From Azolla caroliniana (taxonomy: Eukaryota > Plantae > Polypodiophyta): a stretch of DNA of 64,000 bases. A program made the translations under genes and the position numbers. Location of the stretch: positions 15,004,001 to 15,068,000 of the forward strand of contig JBHGNT010000003.1 in NCBI GenBank assembly GCA_043228905.1, in the 5' to 3' direction. Under the pieces are notes generated by a model. That model saw only the letters and a program-made list of their open reading frames with translations, was not told the DNA's origin and searched no databases. Positions within the stretch are counted from its first letter, which is position 1. Every line of letters starts with the position of its first letter. Positions 58,956 through 64,000 of this stretch are shown here, in pieces.

Positions 58956-59041
58956 ACGATCTTGCAAACTGTCATACGCAGGTATTCAACCCCAATCGAA
59001 TGCTATTTGATCTTCCGCATTGACGGCCTTTGTCCCCAACA
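53485..59041 (+). mobile_element. Copia element C, near-intact and young
   Basis: LTRs 53485-53791 and 58715-59041 differ mainly in (CT)n length. TSD GACGG. PBS TGGTATCAGAGC at 53794-53805; PPT GGGGGAG. Confidence 0.97.
54490..58521 (+). CDS. Element C gag-PR-INT-RT-RH polyprotein with one premature TAG (57700-57702)
   Basis: KFDGSNF, CNYCKKPGHIKADC, WLLDSGAS, LRTDNGGEF, IYVDDM, YTDSDFAG. The frame is unchanged across the TAG. Confidence 0.93.
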
Positions 59042-60800
59042 GACGGGATATAGTCCTTTTATGTTGATGTATGGTTTTCAGCCACGAGCCCCGATTGATG
59101 TTAATATACATCATGATGAGTTGCGAAGTACGCAAAACTTTCTTCGGGATATGCAAGATATGTTGCATATTGCACGATATAATATAAAAACAGCTCAAGA
59201 TAGAGTGCGTTTTTATGCCAATCATCATAGGCAACCTCGTGTATTCAACCCTGGACAGAAGGTATTTTTACGTGTACCTCACAATTCTAAGACATTGTCT
59301 ACGGGTAAGTGCGCTAAGTTAGCCCCACGGTTTTGTGGACCTTTTACAGTCCTCAAACGCATTTGGTCATCAGCCTATCGTCTCGCTCTTCCCGATGGTG
59401 TCGGAATTCATCTAGTCTTTCATGTGAGTCGTCTAAAAGAACTTCTAGGTTCTGGCGACAATACAGTTACAACTGAAACTCTGGTTACTTCTAAAGAATT
59501 ATCTTCTAAACCACATGTACTAGAAAGAATTCTCGATGTTAAAACAAAAAAATTACGTACTAAAGAAATCCGAGAATTTAAAATATAATGGATGGATAAA
59601 TCAATAAAAGATGCCACATGGGAACGCAAATATACTCTCAAAACTAATTTCCCTAACTTTCCATTGCAAGAGTGCAATGTTTTAAAGAGGGGGAGTATGT
59701 AACGGGCATGACCATTTAATATCCCGTGGTGAGAATTTACCGTAGTATTCTAATACACGTGGATAAGTGTGAGGGTTAAACGAGAGTGTAAAGAAGGGGA
59801 GGATTACTTTTAATCCTCGGGATTGAGACAACCCATTAGGTCAAGTGTGAACTTGCCTAGGGGCCTTGGGTATCGCTATAAATAAGAGGCCTAGCTACCC
59901 TCATTTGAGGATCTTTTGACTACATCGAGACTCTGCTCGTGTGGTGGGTCAACTCTTGTAGCGAGCGCGCTAGCACCAGGTACGACTCGACGCCACGGCG
60001 GTGGTATGGGACGCCGATCGAGGCTCAAGTCCATCTCGATCCCTTCGCTCGGGGGTGGTCGGGTGGATCGGCACCCTTCTTTCTCTTTCTCCTTTCTATC
60101 TATCATTTGTTTATCCTTATCTTAAGCTTACTTTAGTACTTAGATCTCTAATATTGTCCATGTCTAATACCTAGTCGATGACTTGTTCAATTGTGTTATC
60201 CTTGAAGTCTACCACCGCCAAGGTCGTTCACAATGGTTCTCTTAGGGCGGTCAGGAACATCTCCTTCAAGTCTTCATCTAGTGGTGGTCCCGTCAATTGT
60301 TTCCTGAGATTTTGGAATCTGATAACGAGCTGCGACACTGTCTCATACGGCTCTTGGTATGCCACATAGAATTGCCCCATCAATTCTCTTTAGGCTACTC
60401 GTCTGTGAAATAACTTAACAAAGTATTCACTCAATCGATTGAAGGAGTTGAATTCTCCTTGATTGTGTTGGGAATACTAGTTAGCTGCCTAGCCCTCTAA
60501 CGACAAGCGAAATTTAGACGCATTGGCCTTGACTGTAAGAAAATAAAAAAGAGAGAGATAGAAATAAAAGGGGGAGAGAGACAGAGAGAGAAACGCAAAG
60601 TTCGGAGATGTTTGAGAAGGAAAAACACTAATTTTGATGTATCTTCTTGATATGGTGTCGGTTTCCTTTGTTCTTTAGCTCATTTCGAAGCCTGCGGATA
60701 GAGCTTTCTAAAGAGTATCTGCATGTATCATTTGGTGGTCTTGGTAGAATGTTATGAGTAAAAATTCCATTCGATTGCATGCATCTCATGATCGCTTGCT

Positions 60801-63800
60801 TTGATTCCTTCTCCAACACAATTACTTGTAAGTGAGCTCTCTCCTATTTCTTGTCATATGGATGATAGTGTTTTCATGAATATGGATGAGTCTCCAAATT
60901 CTTCAAAGGATGCGTGCATGGTTGAGTTGGTATCAAGCCCAAGAGGGGATGGTAAAAGAAAACGATGCAATGACATGTCTTATGCTGAGGCAATGCAACA
61001 AGATGATATTGAGAAAGATGATAGTCATTGGGAACATTTAAGATGCATGGCAAATATATTAATGGAAGATTGTATAAGGGAGAATGTGAAAGTTGTTGAG
61101 GAGTTTGTTGACGATGAAGTGGCTAAGGTAGAAATAGACAATAAGGAGTTTTTGGGCTCATTTGCTAATTTTTTGTGATAAAGGAGGGGTCATATTGTTT
61201 TTCACGGGAAAGATACCTTTCCTTTGGAAGGTCAAACAATGGTTACGTGGGATTTTACAAGCTGATTGTGTTCAGGATGTTTATGCTGGTCCTCGTGGAT
61301 TTTATGAGGTTGTTTTGGTATCACAAGCCTATAAAGAGAAATTACTCAATAAATTGCCAGTTTTTTATGAGAAAAGTTTGGTTCATATTGTTCCGTGGAG
61401 ACCACTAGTGGAATATCAAGATATATTAAAGCAAGAGTGTCCCGTATGGGTTGAGGTAGAATGCACATATTCGGTGGTTTGGCAAATATTACGGTCAGCG
61501 ATGGAAAGTTGGGAAAGATCTTGGTGCCTCCTAGTGCTAATGCTCAAAATCAATATCGGATGTGTATTCTTTGGAATACTGCTATAAAGAGGCCAAGTTG
61601 TTTATAGATTGCATGCTCTTGTATGCCGCCTATGTATTTTCGGCTTAAATGGGGTACATTTGCAGGACATTGTTTCCACTATGGTGTGTTGGGGCATTTT
61701 ATGGCTGAATGTCCTCAAAAAAGAAATAATGTAGTGGAAGTGGTACATGAAGAGCCTAGAACTCATGATCAGATTCAAGCTTTGACAATTTCATAGCAAA
61801 CAAAGGAACCAGAAATTGTGAATGAGAAGGATGGAAAGACTCTAGAGGATGAAGGACAATAGTCAATAGTTTCTGGAAAGATGAAGAAGTCTAATAAAAA
61901 TGTTGGGCATAATGTATCTATGGAGAAGGTCACACCGACACATCCCATGCAGAATAAACCATGGGCTCGTCAAGAGGACTATCCAAGGAAATTATCTTTT
62001 GATAATAAAGGTAATTTGTATGTTCCTTGGAATAAATGGAAATCGGTGCCTCGTTCATATGAGGAGCCATCAGGGTCTGGAGTTTTGCATTCCCATAGTA
62101 ATTCATATGCAATCTTAGGGGATTTATTTCAAGATATGGCAGAAACATTACCAGTGAAGGAGAAGGAGATTTCTCGAATAAAAGGAAAAAATAAAGTATG
62201 AAGATCACCACATGGAATGTGAGGGGATTGTGTTCTATATTTAGAATGCATGAGGTTTGGAGAATTGTGTTAAGTGAGCAATGGGATGTTTTATGTGCAG
62301 TAGAGCATAAAGATCATCATAATGCTGGTTTAATTAGTTATTCTAAGGGTTATACATTATGTTATGCTGGCAAGGTTCATGGGGATTATTCTGGTATTGT
62401 CATGTTTATAAGAGACAAATTTCACCCAAAAGTAATTGTTTCAGATGAATTTGGAAGATTTATTGTGGTAGAGATATGTTATGAAGGGAAAGCTCTTTGG
62501 TTAGTTGGTGTGTATGCATCAAATGCTTCACATGAACGAAAGTTGTTATGGAGATCTCTAAACTTGGTGCTTGATAATGGTAGACCGGGTTTATCAATGG
62601 GAGATTTTAATGTTTGTTGTGAGACAGATCAATCAACATCTATCCACTCTATTATGGATGGACCAGAGGCTCAAGAATGGGGAGATTTTGAGACTGAAGT
62701 CATGTTAAGGGATGTATGGAAATGGATCAAGGGAGATGAACCTGGTTATAATTTTCAATCGGCTCAATATAAGGATCTTGGAGTAGGTTGAATCGAATGT
62801 ATGTAATGGATACCGAAGGTTTTTTACCAGAGATTTTGGATATTTTAGTGTCTTATGGGTCAATTATATCATATCATTTCCCGTTAATTTTTGAGTTCAA
62901 TCACCACTCAATTAGAGGTTTTCATGAGTTTTTAGGAAAACCACCATTGATTTTTAATTCATCATTTTTGGATCATGAGGTCTTCCATGCCTATATGTGT
63001 CAATTGATTGATGCATTTGCCTATCGTGTTCAATTTGATGGGTATGAAGCGTAGGAAGTATTTGTTGCAAATGTTCAGAGGTTAACTAGATATTATGGAA
63101 TTCACCATGCTTTTAAAAGGAGAAAGAAATTAAGTCTCCTAGTCAATTTGCTTGATAAATGCAACTCATTGTTAACTTATTGGCCAACGGATGTAGAGTT
63201 GATGGGATATCAAGAGGTATTAATTTCTGTGATGCATGACCTAATGGCAAAAAATTATCAACATGTTAGACTACATCGTCTAAGACAAGAAGTGGATGAT
63301 GCTAATTGTCAATCACATAAGTTTCTTCATGACCTTCATGAATCACATGCACGATATAATGTGGTAAGGTTAGAGGAAAATGGTATCATGTGTTATGATC
63401 CTCAAGAAATTGTGAAGAAATGCATAGAATATTATACACAATTGTTGGATGTACAAGTGTGTATTGATGATAATGTTAAAAAGGATAGAGATGTATTTTT
63501 TAATGGAGTGAAAAATCATGTATCACATGATGTGGCACAATCATTAGATGCTAATATTTCAGAGGATGAGGTGGAACATGTCATGTCACATCTTGCTAAT
63601 GATAAGAGTCTTGGGTGGGATGGATTAACACATGAACTCTTTAAGAAATATGTGATTAAGTTAAAGGGGCCTTTTACGATTTTATTTCAAAAGGTGTGCC
63701 TCATTCTTGGAAGATTGGTTTGATCAAGCTTTTGCTAAAGGTGCCTTCTCCATCTTCCTTTGCTCAATGGAGGCCTATTTCATTGATGGGGGGAATGTAC

Positions 63801-64000
63801 AAGATTTTTGCAAAAGTGATGGCCAATAGGTTGCATAAGGTTTTACCTTCTATTATTCATAATGCTCAATATGGGTTTTTCGCAAAAAGAGACATTTTAC
63901 ATAATATTTTAAATGTTCAAATGGCAATTGACTATGCAAAGGAGTCTGAACAAGAATTAGTGTTGCGACAATTGGATATCGAGAAAGCCTATGATAATGT
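60801..64000 (+). mobile_element. Degenerate L1-clade LINE (ORF1 about 60858-62201; ORF2 from 62198, runs off the window)
   Basis: ORF1 has GPRGFYEV...VPWRP...PVWVE and a CFHYGVLGHFMAEC knuckle. ORF2 has APE endonuclease motifs TWNVRGL, VYAS, GDFN, and the RT start WRPISL...KIFAKVMANRL...LDIEKAYD. Stops and frameshifts present. Confidence 0.92.

Larger units (their letters stand above)
50540..59690 (+). pseudogene. Element H pol (PR-RT-RH-INT-chromodomain) with several stops; segments 50540-53484 and 59042-59690
   Basis: ORFs 50817-51107, 51162-51674, 51735-53504 and 59042-59588. The host reads HTST|GYSPF across the C insertion. Confidence 0.88.
50106..60153 (+). mobile_element. Gypsy chromovirus H, degenerate; end of 5' LTR, PBS and most of gag deleted; interrupted by C
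   Basis: LTRs 50106 to about 50533 and 59698-60153. TSD TTGTC at 50101-50105 and 60154-60158. [42 protein letters not shown]; chromodomain ERILD...WMDKSIKDATWE; PPT AAAGAGGGGGAG. Confidence 0.92.
49100..60450 (-). pseudogene. Decayed Gypsy gag I, related to element F; pieces at about 49100-50105 and 60154-60450, split by H
   Basis: Minus strand reads AVQCTTFLNPGHSILECTM...HTIDQCEYNLL versus F AIQCTTCLNSGHSALECTM...HTTDRCEYNLL. The frame reads VLDMDKALENN across the H TSD. Confidence 0.75.

Overview
Plant nuclear DNA; the microsatellite-rich style and TE lineages suggest a non-flowering plant such as a fern (inference). The first 7.1 kb holds one host gene, a 5-exon phospholipid:diacylglycerol acyltransferase (PDAT1-like, about 1002 aa) with an unusually long repetitive N-terminal extension. 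The remaining ~56 kb is a nest of retrotransposons, most with LTRs and target-site duplications (TSDs) I could resolve by eye. A truncated Copia (A) hosts a very young 6.8-kb Gypsy with two RNase H domains (J). A 26.6-kb minus-strand Copia (B) hosts three Copias (E, G, D) and a Gypsy (F). D in turn hosts two solo LTRs with 4-bp TSDs. A decayed Gypsy gag (I) hosts a chromovirus (H), which hosts a near-intact Copia (C). A degenerate L1-type LINE runs off the right end. The two most unusual observations are: (1) Gypsy F has no integrase and is bounded by 273-bp INVERTED LTR (U3) arms, yet has a clean 5-bp TSD; (2) one solo LTR carries a dyad-symmetric A-box/B-box/A-box, tRNA-like Pol III promoter module. 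All coordinates and mismatch counts were read by eye; no database searches were run.
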